Shown piece by piece: positions 20,046-30,267 of a DNA stretch of 64,000 bases. The notes beneath the pieces were generated by a model that searched no databases, was not told where the DNA came from, and saw only the letters and a program-made list of their open reading frames with translations. Made by a program: the position numbers and the translations under genes. The stretch lies in the IMG/VR virus record IMGVR_UViG_2645727901_000008. One strand, written 5' to 3'. The DNA is from a virus. Its lineage: Duplodnaviria > Heunggongvirae > Uroviricota > Caudoviricetes. Every line of letters begins with the position of its first letter. Within the stretch, counting starts at the first letter, position 1.

Positions 20046-20862
20046 ATCGTTGTGCTACATCCTCCCGGTCGATATCGTCGTTCTGGTCATAGAGATCATC
20101 ACAGAATGTCAGGGCTTTGATACTCATATCATCGTTGACTCTGAACGACGCACGGTCCATCCAGTTAATTGCAACGGTCGTAGCTACTTTCCCCGCCTCA
20201 ATGTGAGACATAATCTCGTCGGACTGTAGATCAACTTTGTTGCAGCGAACGGCACCACCATTATCGAGCAGACCCTTTAATGTGGCGTCTTCACCTGCTG
20301 TAAATCCGGCAGGGAAGCCGCTTTTAAACCACTCGGTCATTGTAATTTCCAGCGGTTCGCGTGGTGTGAATGGAATGACAGGCAGGCTGCCGAGCGACTT
20401 TCGCAATAAAGCCAGCTGGTCCTCTGCCTTTTTGGCGCTGCTTGCCTCAACGAATACCAGATGGTTGCTGCGGTCGATCAGGATTTTGGCGAGTGATTTT
20501 CTCGTGAACGCGCGAGGCAAAAGTGAATGCAGGACTTCATCTTTAAGACTGTCTCTTTCCGTTTTCTTCAGCTTGCGGGCTTGCTCTTCTTCGAGTTTCA
20601 GGACTTTTTTCTGCAACTCTTCCTTGAGCACCTGCGAGGGGAGAATTTTTTCTTCTCGCTTATGCTGTATTAGCAGAAAACCCTGGTATTCATGGGTGAG
20701 GTTGTCACCAAGAACAGGTGTCCAACCGACTTTAGCTGTGTCCTGAGAACCGCAAGGAGTAAACACGAATTTGCTAAGAGCATCGGATACTTCTGCGGCA
20801 CTCCAGTTAACTTCACGTGAAAGACGATAGATGAAGATGTTTTTGAAAGCGACTGATCTCAT
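19957..20862 (-). CDS. hrdC: RdgC-like recombination-associated protein (P1 HrdC-like)
   Basis: Translation aligns along its length with E. coli RdgC as recalled ([32 protein letters not shown], [15 protein letters not shown]). Confidence 0.85.
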   Translation of the reverse strand: MRSVAFKNIFIYRLSREVNWSAAEVSDALSKFVFTPCGSQDTAKVGWTPVLGDNLTHEYQGFLLIQHKREEKILPSQVLKEELQKKVLKLEEEQARKLKKTERDSLKDEVLHSLLPRAFTRKSLAKILIDRSNHLVFVEASSAKKAEDQLALLRKSLGSLPVIPFTPREPLEITMTEWFKSGFPAGFTAGEDATLKGLLDNGGAVRCNKVDLQSDEIMSHIEAGKVATTVAINWMDRASFRVNDDMSIKALTFCDDLYDQNDDIDREDVAQRFDADFVLFTGELSALFNALVEAIGGEAER

Positions 20863-20868
20863 GTTTCA

Positions 20869-20912
20869 CCAATTGTGTTAGAAAATTCTATTCAATTATC
20901 TAACACAATTGG
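20869..20912. promoter_or_regulatory. Palindromic pair of C1-type operator-like sites upstream of hrdC
   Basis: CCAATTGTGTTAGAAAATT / AATTATCTAACACAATTGG near-perfect palindrome. Confidence 0.55.
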
Positions 20913-20921
20913 ATGTGTTTT

Positions 20922-21575
20922 CTATCCCTTCTTGAAATCAAAGTTGCTTGCGATGGCCTGGAAGGTGCCTCCAGCCTTGAAATCAATATTTTCGTCGGCT
21001 GTCACAGTAATGTTTTTGCCATTAACGCTGATGTTATCGGCTGATTTGACGTTAACACTCCCTCCCGCATTCACTACTACATCAGCCGGACCAATGATGT
21101 ATATCTGCCCTGATTCATTCATTCCAATCCTTGAGCCTGCTGCCGTATTCGCTATTTCATATCCACCGCCAGCCGTTCGCACTTCGAGCACATTGTTGCG
21201 GTGAATCACGAAATCTTTTGTCGCCGAAAATTGCGGGCGGGGAGGCGCTCCGTCTACTTCTGGTGGCGTCCAGCCGCTACCATTGCCTGACGCCTCCGGC
21301 GCGACGTTTGGTACTCCTCCAGGCGCATCCTGAGCTGCGCCAACTATCATTGGGCGTCTGGTATCAATTCGACCATTAACATCCAGATAAGGAAACTCTA
21401 CCCATACCAGGTCGCCTTTTACTGTAGGTACAAACGCGTTACCTATGGGTAACAGGTATTCTGCCCAGGGTAGATCGTCATCAGGAACGCCATTCCAGTC
21501 TGGTAAAACACGGACCTGAGCACGCATAAGCCCTGCCGGGTGCACAGTTCCAACAATTTGCGCTCTACGCTTCAT
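20922..21575 (-). CDS. Baseplate central spike protein (gpV-like)
   Basis: N-terminal OB-fold-like region then Gly-rich beta-helix-like C-terminus. Confidence 0.55.
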   Translation of the reverse strand: MKRRAQIVGTVHPAGLMRAQVRVLPDWNGVPDDDLPWAEYLLPIGNAFVPTVKGDLVWVEFPYLDVNGRIDTRRPMIVGAAQDAPGGVPNVAPEASGNGSGWTPPEVDGAPPRPQFSATKDFVIHRNNVLEVRTAGGGYEIANTAAGSRIGMNESGQIYIIGPADVVVNAGGSVNVKSADNISVNGKNITVTADENIDFKAGGTFQAIASNFDFKKG

Positions 21576-22552
21576 TTGTTCGGCACTCCTAATATCATTC
21601 GTGTTGTGTAGCCTACGCGGTCTTCAAAGTGCGCAACATTTTTTACTATCAGCTTGCGGGGCATTGATTCATCAATGCGGTTTTCCTGGTCATAGCGGTA
21701 TACGATAATCTCTATTACCATTCCCGGTTTTATATCCGGATTGCCTGCGACTTCTATATCCATTTTGGGGACGAGAGACAGCTGCATATTGCGAAGAGTT
21801 TCCATATCAGAATCGGATATATAACGCACTGGGAGTGAGCTATCGCCATATTCGACGTAGCCATCGGTCATGGAATACCCAACAAAACGATATTGATTCT
21901 TTGCTGTTGTCGCATGTTCCTGTTGGAGTAGGCGCATTTTGGACAAAGTGTATTCTGCTTTAGGGTTATTCCCCTCGTAGGTAAATGATGGCGTTTGCTT
22001 CATCAGATCAGCCAGGGTGTAAAAGTTAAATTCCCCACGGCATACCCAACATAATGCACCTTTGTCTCGCGCTATCTGCGAGAGCATTTTTGACGGTTTG
22101 TCACCGGCATTCAGATGATATGTAACTGCGCGTTTTAGCACGCTGCTGGTAATTTTAAGCTTGCCGGAATATGCCTTGAATATAGCGTCTGGTGTTTTGT
22201 TGGTATGTAAATTTGTGCGCGGGGAGGGGATCTTAAACCTGCGCACGTCTTCACTGACAGCAATAACGGTAACAACATCACCAGCCAGCATTGCAGACGT
22301 AACAAAGAAGTCTGTTTTAAAAGTGCCTGCATTACCGTTTGGATCGCCCATTTCAGCCACCAGCGATGCACCGTATTTGGCTTTCCAGTCATCAATTACG
22401 GTGCCGGTAGCGTCATGAATTTCCAGTTTTAGCAAAGGGGCTTTGAGGCTGGTTTTTTCTACATATACTGCGGTAAAAATCCAGTCTCGTGGCACTTTGT
22501 TATCGTTAATGAGCACTGACTGTAGAAAATATTGTTGTAACTCCTGGGCCAC
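21572..22552 (-). CDS. Putative baseplate protein
   Basis: 326-aa ORF coupled to flanking baseplate genes. Confidence 0.4.
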   Translation of the reverse strand: MAQELQQYFLQSVLINDNKVPRDWIFTAVYVEKTSLKAPLLKLEIHDATGTVIDDWKAKYGASLVAEMGDPNGNAGTFKTDFFVTSAMLAGDVVTVIAVSEDVRRFKIPSPRTNLHTNKTPDAIFKAYSGKLKITSSVLKRAVTYHLNAGDKPSKMLSQIARDKGALCWVCRGEFNFYTLADLMKQTPSFTYEGNNPKAEYTLSKMRLLQQEHATTAKNQYRFVGYSMTDGYVEYGDSSLPVRYISDSDMETLRNMQLSLVPKMDIEVAGNPDIKPGMVIEIIVYRYDQENRIDESMPRKLIVKNVAHFEDRVGYTTRMILGVPNK

Positions 22553-22555
22553 TTA

Positions 22556-23323
22556 TCACCCCATAGATATCGAGGTTTCGGTAATAATACGTTTTGCGTC
22601 CAACTCCCATGCTGTGATCACGTCTGCAATCACACTTATCGGCGCTTGTGTGGCATAAATACGCTCTTCTCCAATTGGTGCCGAAACATCCGTAAATCCG
22701 ACTTCTTTGGCATCCTGTATCGAGCAAATCAGCGGGACCGGGACACGAACAAGGTGAGTGGTTGCTTCAAATTGTGTACCTGTCATCAGGCGAAGCCGTG
22801 CGCCCAGCGAATTACACATCAGACTCATGGTCGCTTTATCAGTTGACATTAACGTAACGTCATACGTCAGAATGGCCTGGGTGTATTCCAGTTCTGCTAA
22901 AGGCATTCCGGTATCCGGTTCGCAAAAACTGGCTACTTTTTTGCGGTCAATCTGCTGATCATCGTTGATATAATTGATATCCATAGTGCGTGAGATATTG
23001 ACCAGGGGGAGAGCATCCCGGTTAATGTTCTGGTTTTCAGGTTTTCTCCCTTGCCCGGCATTTGCGCGACGAACTGCTTTAAGAAACTCGATCGCATTGT
23101 CGAAACGGGCCACATAGACACGCTCTGCTGGTGGACGATTCAGGAATGACGCAAAGCGTTTTTCTTCCGGCGCGGGGGCCACCAGTAAGATATCAGAAAA
23201 GATATTGCTGATTAGCGTAGCAAACGCGTTATCCACGTTTTCAAAGCCCGTGGTCTGGAATTTCCCTGTGCGTGAGGTTTGCCATTCACCTGTTCGCGCC
23301 AGGAGGGTTTTATTTGAAGTCAT
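22556..23323 (-). CDS. Putative baseplate/tail protein
   Basis: 255-aa ORF in the same operon. Confidence 0.4.
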   Translation of the reverse strand: MTSNKTLLARTGEWQTSRTGKFQTTGFENVDNAFATLISNIFSDILLVAPAPEEKRFASFLNRPPAERVYVARFDNAIEFLKAVRRANAGQGRKPENQNINRDALPLVNISRTMDINYINDDQQIDRKKVASFCEPDTGMPLAELEYTQAILTYDVTLMSTDKATMSLMCNSLGARLRLMTGTQFEATTHLVRVPVPLICSIQDAKEVGFTDVSAPIGEERIYATQAPISVIADVITAWELDAKRIITETSISMG

Positions 23324-24121
23324 TCGATCACTCCGTTTTGAGTCGTATCAAAATTCCTGGCAGGTATGCAGTAGTAAAGCGAACCAACATGCTGTGTGCC
23401 GTAGCTAAAAATACGGTGCACGTACCACCAGCGGCGGGCTACGCCGTTTACCATCTCTTCATTCCATTCAAGAATTGATCCGACGGGGACGTTATTTGCT
23501 GCAATACGCAGAATCAGAACATCATCGGTTAAGCCATCCTGCTCACCGTCTGCGTCAATCGCATGGAAAGAGTCACGCCCGTCCGGGTTATCCAGCACAT
23601 AAACGATTTCAGGTTCCTGGTAAGTCAGTTCGCGCTGGTTGTTATCCAGTTCAGTGAATGACTCTTCTCCTGTTTCGTCGCTGACTACCCCATATGTGCC
23701 AACATCTGGTCGATATAAGAGAGCCTGAAACGCGTCTGGGCTGGATTCAATAATCAGCATCCAGTCTGCGCGGATTTGGTCGTTAAAGGCTTTATGCCCG
23801 TTATAGCGTGCTTTTAGCTGTGGAGTTGGTTCTCTGCCAGCCAGGGAAGGTGGAAGTATGGCTATATCTGATTCGGCAGCATCCGGAGTAAGGCCAGCGT
23901 TGCTATCAGCAAAATTATCATGGCTATCAGCTTTGGCGGCGGGTTGCTCTTCCAGAATGCTGAATGAATCCGAACCGGTATTGCCATGTTCCGGCGCGCC
24001 TCCTGCATTCGCTTCAATCGGCGCTGGCGTTTCTCTCTGCGTGCTGTCATGTTCTGACTCATTACTTGCCAGGTTTGCATCGTCAGCAAACCATTCGTCA
24101 AAACGGCCCATAAGCATCCTC
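23320..24121 (-). CDS. Hypothetical acidic tail-associated protein
   Basis: ATG 24121 with GAGGA RBS (track start 24153 is further upstream). Confidence 0.4.
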
Positions 24122-24181
24122 AAAGGTCGATTTATCAGGTATCGAGGGTGCATTGTCTGGAGATTGTGATTTCAATTCATA

Positions 24182-24226
24182 TCCCAACATGGGACTAAAG
24201 TGCTTTACATTGTCCCATATTGGGAC
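24182..24226. promoter_or_regulatory. Two short palindromes upstream of higB (putative HigA operator)
   Basis: TCCCA-ACA-TGGGA and GTCCCA-TAT-TGGGAC inverted repeats. Confidence 0.45.
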
Positions 24227-24256
24227 TACTATACTTTCAGAGAGAAGGAATCTGTG

Positions 24257-24559
24257 ATGAAAATAATTTCGGTAAAAACACTAAGGGATTTCTGGGCGAA
24301 GAATCCCGATGCAGAACAGCCATTAAAGGCATGGGTTGATGAAGCAACAAAGGCTGACTGGAAAAATCCGGCTGAGATCAAAGAACAGTACCGGACAGCC
24401 AGCATCCTTAAAAACAGGCGCGTGGTGTTCAATATTAAGGGAAATGATTACAGGTTAATTGTCGCAATTGCTTATCAGCGAGGATGGATGTTCGTTAAGT
24501 TTATTGGAACACATAAGGAATACGATGCCATTGAAGCGGATACAATAGAACTGGAGTAA
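24257..24559 (+). CDS. higB: HigB-family mRNA interferase toxin
   Basis: 100-aa RelE/HigB-like sequence; toxin-first order with downstream HTH antitoxin. Confidence 0.75.
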   Translation: MKIISVKTLRDFWAKNPDAEQPLKAWVDEATKADWKNPAEIKEQYRTASILKNRRVVFNIKGNDYRLIVAIAYQRGWMFVKFIGTHKEYDAIEADTIELE

Positions 24560-24562
24560 ATC

Positions 24563-24922
24563 ATGAACATTAAACCTATCCGTACAGAACAAGATTATGA
24601 GGCCGCACTGCGTGCGGTCGAACCGATGTTCGATAACGAACCGGAAATGAACACACCGGAAGGCGATTTCTTTGAAGTAATGTGCCTGCTCATTGAAGAG
24701 TACGAGAAAAAGCATTACCCAATTGAGCCACCATCACCTATTGAAGCCATTAAATTCCGTATGGAACAGCAAGGGCTGACCGTGAAGGATCTGGAACCGG
24801 CGATTGGTAAGTCAAATCGAGTTTACGAAGTGCTTAATGGGACACGAAATTTGACGTTACCTATGATTCGTCGTTTACATGCCCAGTTTGGTATTCCACT
24901 GGAAAGTCTGGTTGGTGTTTAA
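24563..24922 (+). CDS. higA: HigA-family HTH antitoxin
   Basis: 119 aa with XRE-type HTH in C-terminal half, 3 nt after the higB stop. Confidence 0.75.
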   Translation: MNIKPIRTEQDYEAALRAVEPMFDNEPEMNTPEGDFFEVMCLLIEEYEKKHYPIEPPSPIEAIKFRMEQQGLTVKDLEPAIGKSNRVYEVLNGTRNLTLPMIRRLHAQFGIPLESLVGV

Positions 24923-24972
24923 GTTTGGCGGTCTGGAGGACCGCTTTTTATCTAAAATAAAAATTAGAAGGT

Positions 24973-25722
24973 TTGATAGCTTGTATGGGCAAAAATTCAT
25001 CAACAGAAAACACATCTACAATTGACTCAATCAAGGGCACAATGGATGAAGCCATAAAAGATAAATTATTTAATAAATTATTTGCATATGTGGTGGTTTC
25101 ATTTTTTGTCGTTAATTGGCAAGAAATACTAATTTTGTTTAAATCTAAATATGATATATACACAACACTGTCTATAGTATGGGTAGGGGATAAATATCAA
25201 ATCCCTTATTTTGGAACCTTCATTGTATCTCCGTTTTTAGCTCACTTTGTGATGCCGTTTATATATGGCACTATTGCGTCCATAGTGATGCCTTATATTA
25301 CTATGCGTATATCAAAACTCACTGGTAGAAATTATGCGCAAATAAGATACATTGACCATGAATTTGACTCAGAAGAGAAAGCAAGAGTAAAGGCGTTGCT
25401 GAGAAACCTAAAGAAAAAAGAGGAAGAGCTTTTAAAATTAGAGGAACAAATAGAAGGTCAACAAAAAATACTGAATACAATCGAAGAAAAGAAGAGAGAG
25501 ATTGAGAGTGCCAGAGTGGCTCTGTATCACGGTATAAAAGTAATTGTTGATATATATAAAGCAAAAGATAAAAGGATTTCCACCAAAGAAGATTTTGCCG
25601 ATTTATTAAAAGCAATTGAAGAAAGTGATTTTTATAAAGACACTGGGTTGTGGGGTATTAATAAATTAATAGATGACGTGGAGACAATATATGAGTCTCA
25701 ATCGACATCAAAGGACAAGTAA
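24973..25722 (+). CDS. AT-rich membrane protein with cytoplasmic coiled-coil
   Basis: Two or three predicted TM helices then Lys/Glu-rich coiled-coil; low GC; start may be ATG 24985. Confidence 0.5.
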   Translation: MIACMGKNSSTENTSTIDSIKGTMDEAIKDKLFNKLFAYVVVSFFVVNWQEILILFKSKYDIYTTLSIVWVGDKYQIPYFGTFIVSPFLAHFVMPFIYGTIASIVMPYITMRISKLTGRNYAQIRYIDHEFDSEEKARVKALLRNLKKKEEELLKLEEQIEGQQKILNTIEEKKREIESARVALYHGIKVIVDIYKAKDKRISTKEDFADLLKAIEESDFYKDTGLWGINKLIDDVETIYESQSTSKDK

Positions 25723-25755
25723 TATAAAAGGCGGGATAACCGCCTTTGTTGTAAA

Positions 25756-26952
25756 TTAAGAACCTTTCTTCACATACTCCATGAACATTTTTTCAGCTTG
25801 TGCAGGTGGTGTTCCTGCCATGACCAGCGCATCAATGAACGCCTGCTTCTTCAGTGCGAACTGATCGGCCAGGCGTTGCTGAAGCTCCTTGTTTTTCTGT
25901 TTCTCACGTTGCAACGCCGCTTCTTTTGCTGCCGCCCGTTTTTTCTGTGCGTCTGACAACTTTCTGGCCTTGGTCAGTTGGTCACGTAGCTTGTCAATCT
26001 TGCCGTTGTCCTTTGCCAGTTTTGTGCTTAAAGCGGCCTGGCGCTTCTGATAGAGCCTCCATTCGCGCTTGGCAGCGTCAACGTTTGTTTTACTGTTGCG
26101 ATTGCGATTAAACTCCCTCTCGTCTTCTTTTGAGAAGTGTTTGGTTGTACGGCGGCGATCGTCACCAAATGCAATTTGCGTTGCGGCCTTTTGTAACGCA
26201 CGAGCAATACTCATTTGCCAACTAGCGGACTGTAACCGCGTCATTGAGTGGATCACGTGTTTACAGGCGACGCCTTGTAGCTTAGGGTTACGAACTTTTG
26301 GATAGGCGTATTCTTTTGGCGGGGCCAGGGCAAAGTTACCCGCAGTAGCGATGTAACGATACCAGTATTGATGACGACCACAGTCACAATCGAAAGACAC
26401 CCGCCCGGCGCACAGTGATTTAGTGATTTTCAGAGCTGATTTATCGTCTTCTGCGATGTCATCGACCATCTGATCCCATTCTTCAAAGCGTATCCGGACG
26501 ATATGGTGCTGGTGGACGGATATATCCGATGCTTCTACGCGGATATGAATCACGTTGTGGCGAAGAGATACGGGTGTAGCTCTTTTGATACCAGATCCGT
26601 CATCCACGGCGTTATTTGCACGCTTAATATCGATTGCCTGGCTGGATGCCACCAGCTGGGCGTATGTGATGCCAGCCGTCTTGCTGTCATATTTTTCGCG
26701 TGTTTTACTCCGTAGCTTTTCGAAACCTTTCAGGTCGTCTCGCGTGAAGAACGTGCCGCCTTTTTTCTTCCCTAACTTGAGAATATCTTCGGCGGATTTG
26801 TTCCTCAGTCTACCTGGCGTCAGCGTCCGGTGAGCTTGTCGGCGCTTACGGGTTTGTTCTTTCCTGATAAGGTCGAATAAACGCGTGAAGTCCTTAGAGG
26901 ACAGGCCGTCAGTGATATAGCGCCCGTCCTGGTTTTTCAGGAAATCAGGCAT
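25756..26952 (-). CDS. SWIM-type zinc-finger protein with basic coiled-coil C-terminus
   Basis: CxCx(n)CxH pattern FDCDCGRH...ACKHVIH; 398 aa. Confidence 0.5.
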   Translation of the reverse strand: MPDFLKNQDGRYITDGLSSKDFTRLFDLIRKEQTRKRRQAHRTLTPGRLRNKSAEDILKLGKKKGGTFFTRDDLKGFEKLRSKTREKYDSKTAGITYAQLVASSQAIDIKRANNAVDDGSGIKRATPVSLRHNVIHIRVEASDISVHQHHIVRIRFEEWDQMVDDIAEDDKSALKITKSLCAGRVSFDCDCGRHQYWYRYIATAGNFALAPPKEYAYPKVRNPKLQGVACKHVIHSMTRLQSASWQMSIARALQKAATQIAFGDDRRRTTKHFSKEDEREFNRNRNSKTNVDAAKREWRLYQKRQAALSTKLAKDNGKIDKLRDQLTKARKLSDAQKKRAAAKEAALQREKQKNKELQQRLADQFALKKQAFIDALVMAGTPPAQAEKMFMEYVKKGS

Positions 26953-27274
26953 TTTCTATCTCCGGTTCCGCGCTCGCGTAATCACGGATCTTGTTCCTCA
27001 GCCATGCCACATCAGGAAGAGTTAACGTGGTCCCGGCGGGCATTTCTTCCATTTCTGACTCATGGCCCACCAGCACCCGGAATACCCAGCGCAAATCTGC
27101 ATTGCCATACGCCCTGTAGGCTGCAAGGTCTGAACGATATACTTCATCAATCTTTATCGTGTACTGGAAATTATCAGAGTGATACTCCGATACCCGCTTA
27201 ATCATTTCCTGGTGAAACAGCGCACGAAAAATATCGTCTTCAATGTACCTATCGTCGAGTCTGCTATAGCCCAT
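26945..27274 (-). CDS. Hypothetical protein
   Basis: 109-aa ORF coupled to the SWIM gene. Confidence 0.4.
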   Translation of the reverse strand: MGYSRLDDRYIEDDIFRALFHQEMIKRVSEYHSDNFQYTIKIDEVYRSDLAAYRAYGNADLRWVFRVLVGHESEMEEMPAGTTLTLPDVAWLRNKIRDYASAEPEIENA

Positions 27275-27467
27275 AACAAAGCCTCTCAGTCATAACATGG
27301 GGGAAACTGTATGCAGGGTGTGAAATGCGAGAAACAGACAGGCCACCAGTTCAGGGGGATGTGGTTCATAAATCCCCTCACTGGTGACAAGTGACTTTCA
27401 TTAATCTTTATGCGGGGGCCAGCTTCATTTGCTGGCATTAGATTAAAAATTAAACGGAGTGAATGAC

Positions 27468-27611
27468 ATGGATGTTATTCTAGAATTGTTAAAGCTTATT
27501 GATCTGTTTATGAACGCCTCATTGACCACTCAAATACTGGCGTCAATATTTTTGTTACTCTTCTACCTGGTATTGAGGGAGTTAACAAAGCTACTAATGT
27601 GATCAAAGTAT
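27468..27611 (+). CDS. Small hydrophobic peptide (47 aa), not in the ORF track
   Basis: ATG preceded by GGAG; hydrophobic core ILASIFLLLFYLVL; 3-prime end overlaps the convergent gene. Confidence 0.3.
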
Positions 27612-28256
27612 CACGGTATCTTCATCAACTTCTTTCCCAGCCAGTGACTTTGGCTGGGAGGTGCCTGCTTTAACTTTTTCATGCCCAATAATGGAAAGGA
27701 ACGAAGCGAGTATGCCTGTTTTTTGCTCTTTCTCGACTGTACCGGTCATCTGCTCTACATAATCTGCACTGGCAACGTTGTGGTATACGGTCGCGTAGCA
27801 ACACAGGATCATCAGAATATGCTCCGGCCTGATATCCTGCCAGTTCACCCTGTAGACTTCTTCTCCGTTACCGTTGTATTCGGTATCAACGATAGAGTCG
27901 GGGATTTCGAAAGCACCTTTGTTATTTTGCGGCAGGGATAATAGTTTCTGGAGTTTTAACTCTCTGTATCTTTCCATCCCGACGATGATTGCTGCTCTTC
28001 CATCGGCATGACGGGTCTTGAGAGTCACCTGACTTGCTCCGGTGCCAGCGGAGATCGTTGGCGTAATTTCGTCTACCAGTACCTTAAATTTGCTTTTCCG
28101 CAGGGCTGCTATAGCTGGAGGAATTTTTTGCTTTTGCTCCAATGCTGACGCGGGAAGGGGTTTTACTTCGTTAATAATGAGAGCACCGTCTTTCAGTATT
28201 GCAGTGAGCATTTGAGGCTTGCTGGTGGTCAGGCTGAATATTGCGATCTTTTCCAT
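27603..28256 (-). CDS. Hypothetical protein
   Basis: ATG 28256 with GGAGGAAGG RBS. Confidence 0.45.
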   Translation of the reverse strand: MEKIAIFSLTTSKPQMLTAILKDGALIINEVKPLPASALEQKQKIPPAIAALRKSKFKVLVDEITPTISAGTGASQVTLKTRHADGRAAIIVGMERYRELKLQKLLSLPQNNKGAFEIPDSIVDTEYNGNGEEVYRVNWQDIRPEHILMILCCYATVYHNVASADYVEQMTGTVEKEQKTGILASFLSIIGHEKVKAGTSQPKSLAGKEVDEDTVIL

Positions 28257-28524
28257 TGTCCTTCCTCCACGGATGACGGATACAAAAAAAGGCCGCACAT
28301 GGCGGCCTGCTTTGGCGTTATGACTCCCTACCGCGCTTCGGCTGAAAGTTAATCGTCAAAAGAACCTTCAACGGGAGCCGTTAGCGCGATGGATTATGTG
28401 CAGTTTGTGATTTCCAAAATAGTGTCAACCACTTTTTGTGGATTTTATTTTTTGACCGAAATTTGGCCTAAATCATGTTGATGTAGTTAATTGTTTTTAT
28501 AACATAAAACTTCATTTTGTTTAC

Positions 28525-29148
28525 ATGAAGGATGGTGTAGTGAAGTTAAGGGTTTTAGGGGCCGCGCTCGCGGCTATGTTGGGATGCGTATCTGCTAATA
28601 CTGCCAATGCAACTGCGTTACCTGCACAATTCAGGGCAGGGCAGCAGGTTATGAATAATGCTGGTGGGGATCATTCACAAGCGGCCATTATGGACTTTTG
28701 CAAGAGGGAGGGCATTCCATTACGGCCTGTTGGAACTCAGTTTATTGGTAAAACTGACTTTTGCGTTTTTGCATATACAGCATATCTGACGGACAAAGCT
28801 ATAACAAAAACAGGTTATTCAACCAAAGATACTCTTTCCAGATTAAGTCAGGGATGGCAGCAATTCGAAGTGTATCGCCAGCAAGGATTAGGTGAGTTAT
28901 TGCAACCACTTTTTATGCTTGCGTTGGTGCCCGAGGGGCAGCAATTTTTGGTTAAAAAGGGAATGCTTCGCCAAAGTGATATTGCCGGGTTCGATAGCAT
29001 GATGGCTTATGAGCGCAAACTAACCGAGCAGCGAAATAAAAAACCATCTGCTTCATGTGTGCAAAGTAAAACAGCAGAATACAGTGCAGTAGCCGGGCCT
29101 TTAGCCAAACAAATGGCAGAGCAATGGTGTAAAAAATACGGGCAATAA
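28525..29148 (+). CDS. Secreted protein with cleavable signal peptide
   Basis: N-terminal signal peptide ending ANA. Confidence 0.5.
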   Translation: MKDGVVKLRVLGAALAAMLGCVSANTANATALPAQFRAGQQVMNNAGGDHSQAAIMDFCKREGIPLRPVGTQFIGKTDFCVFAYTAYLTDKAITKTGYSTKDTLSRLSQGWQQFEVYRQQGLGELLQPLFMLALVPEGQQFLVKKGMLRQSDIAGFDSMMAYERKLTEQRNKKPSASCVQSKTAEYSAVAGPLAKQMAEQWCKKYGQ

Positions 29149-29168
29149 GTTACGCAGCGGAGGCAGAA

Positions 29169-29561
29169 TTGAAAAGATTGACTATTGCTTTACTGGCGTC
29201 TTTCCCTTTGATCGCGAGCGCCGGAAATTTACAAGTTAAGTGCGGTCGGTTTGATATAAAAATCTATCCAGATGCCATATTTCTGAATGGGAATAAGGTT
29301 GATAACGTACACCGAAAAACTAAATCTGACGTAATGAGCTATGTGTTCCAGGAGTATGCGGAGATGGGGGGAACTTACACGCTGTACTCGCTGGATGTTC
29401 CTTCTCGCGGTGATATGACATTATCCCATCAATGGCAGAACGCCGATGGCGAAGCTCTGCGCGAAGTTAAAACAGAAAAATGCGGCACTTTCCATTCTTT
29501 TAAAGGGAAAGTGCCAAATGTTAAATCTGTGCTTGAAAAACAGCGCGCAGGTGATTTTTAA
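29169..29561 (+). CDS. Small secreted protein
   Basis: Signal peptide MKRLTIALLASFPLIASAG. Confidence 0.5.
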   Translation: MKRLTIALLASFPLIASAGNLQVKCGRFDIKIYPDAIFLNGNKVDNVHRKTKSDVMSYVFQEYAEMGGTYTLYSLDVPSRGDMTLSHQWQNADGEALREVKTEKCGTFHSFKGKVPNVKSVLEKQRAGDF

Positions 29562-29584
29562 ACTGCGTTAGCACTTTGAACATG

Positions 29585-29627
29585 GCGACAACACATCTTG
29601 GTGGCTGCGTTGTCGCTGTATGTTTTT
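29585..29627 (+). terminator. Rho-independent terminator after the secreted-protein genes
   Basis: GCGACAAC / GTTGTCGC stem then T-run. Confidence 0.5.
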
Positions 29628-29649
29628 ATAATATAAAGCATTAAAGTTT

Positions 29650-30267
29650 TCATTTTTGTCGGATCTTTTCCAGCATATTTAATTCATTATCACTTTCTGC
29701 TGCTGAGACGGTTGGCCTCACATTTCCGAAATATTTCCTGTGAGACTCATGACTTATGTATTCACCGACAGTTTCATTCTTGAATATACGAATTTGACAT
29801 ATGCGAGATCCAACAATAAGTTCTACAGGGCTATTCCCATGATTAAATAACTCTAAAGATATACAGCCTCTGTACCCTGGTTGTATCATGGTATTTAATG
29901 AAAGACCAAGCCTTGTATAGCTGCTTCTGGACAATACATCAGCGTAGCAATCTGGTGGCAAACAAACATATTCTAATGTTGTTGCCAGTACCACTTGATT
30001 CGGGTAAACAATGAATCTATCCCCAAGATCTCTCCTTGTTTCCTGGAAAAATGTTCTGATTGGTTGATGAGTATCATTGTTTTTTGATGGAATTAACTCT
30101 ATTGACGGCTTCCTTGTCATAATAGACACTAAAAAATCGTAACCAAGTCTAAGGTCTATGGTGAAGTTCCCAATTTGGTTTTTATTTAGAAGAGGTTCAA
30201 TGAACAACGACTCAGGTTCTTCTGATTCATAATATTGCAGCAATTCAGCTTTGCTTAGGAGATTCAT
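29650..30267 (-). CDS. Standalone dCTP deaminase-like enzyme (dUTPase fold)
   Basis: VLATTLEYVCLP, RSSYTRLGL and IQPGYRGCISLELFN align with E. coli Dcd motifs as recalled; ATG 30267 overlaps the upstream stop (ATGA), GGAG RBS. Confidence 0.7.
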   Translation of the reverse strand: MNLLSKAELLQYYESEEPESLFIEPLLNKNQIGNFTIDLRLGYDFLVSIMTRKPSIELIPSKNNDTHQPIRTFFQETRRDLGDRFIVYPNQVVLATTLEYVCLPPDCYADVLSRSSYTRLGLSLNTMIQPGYRGCISLELFNHGNSPVELIVGSRICQIRIFKNETVGEYISHESHRKYFGNVRPTVSAAESDNELNMLEKIRQK

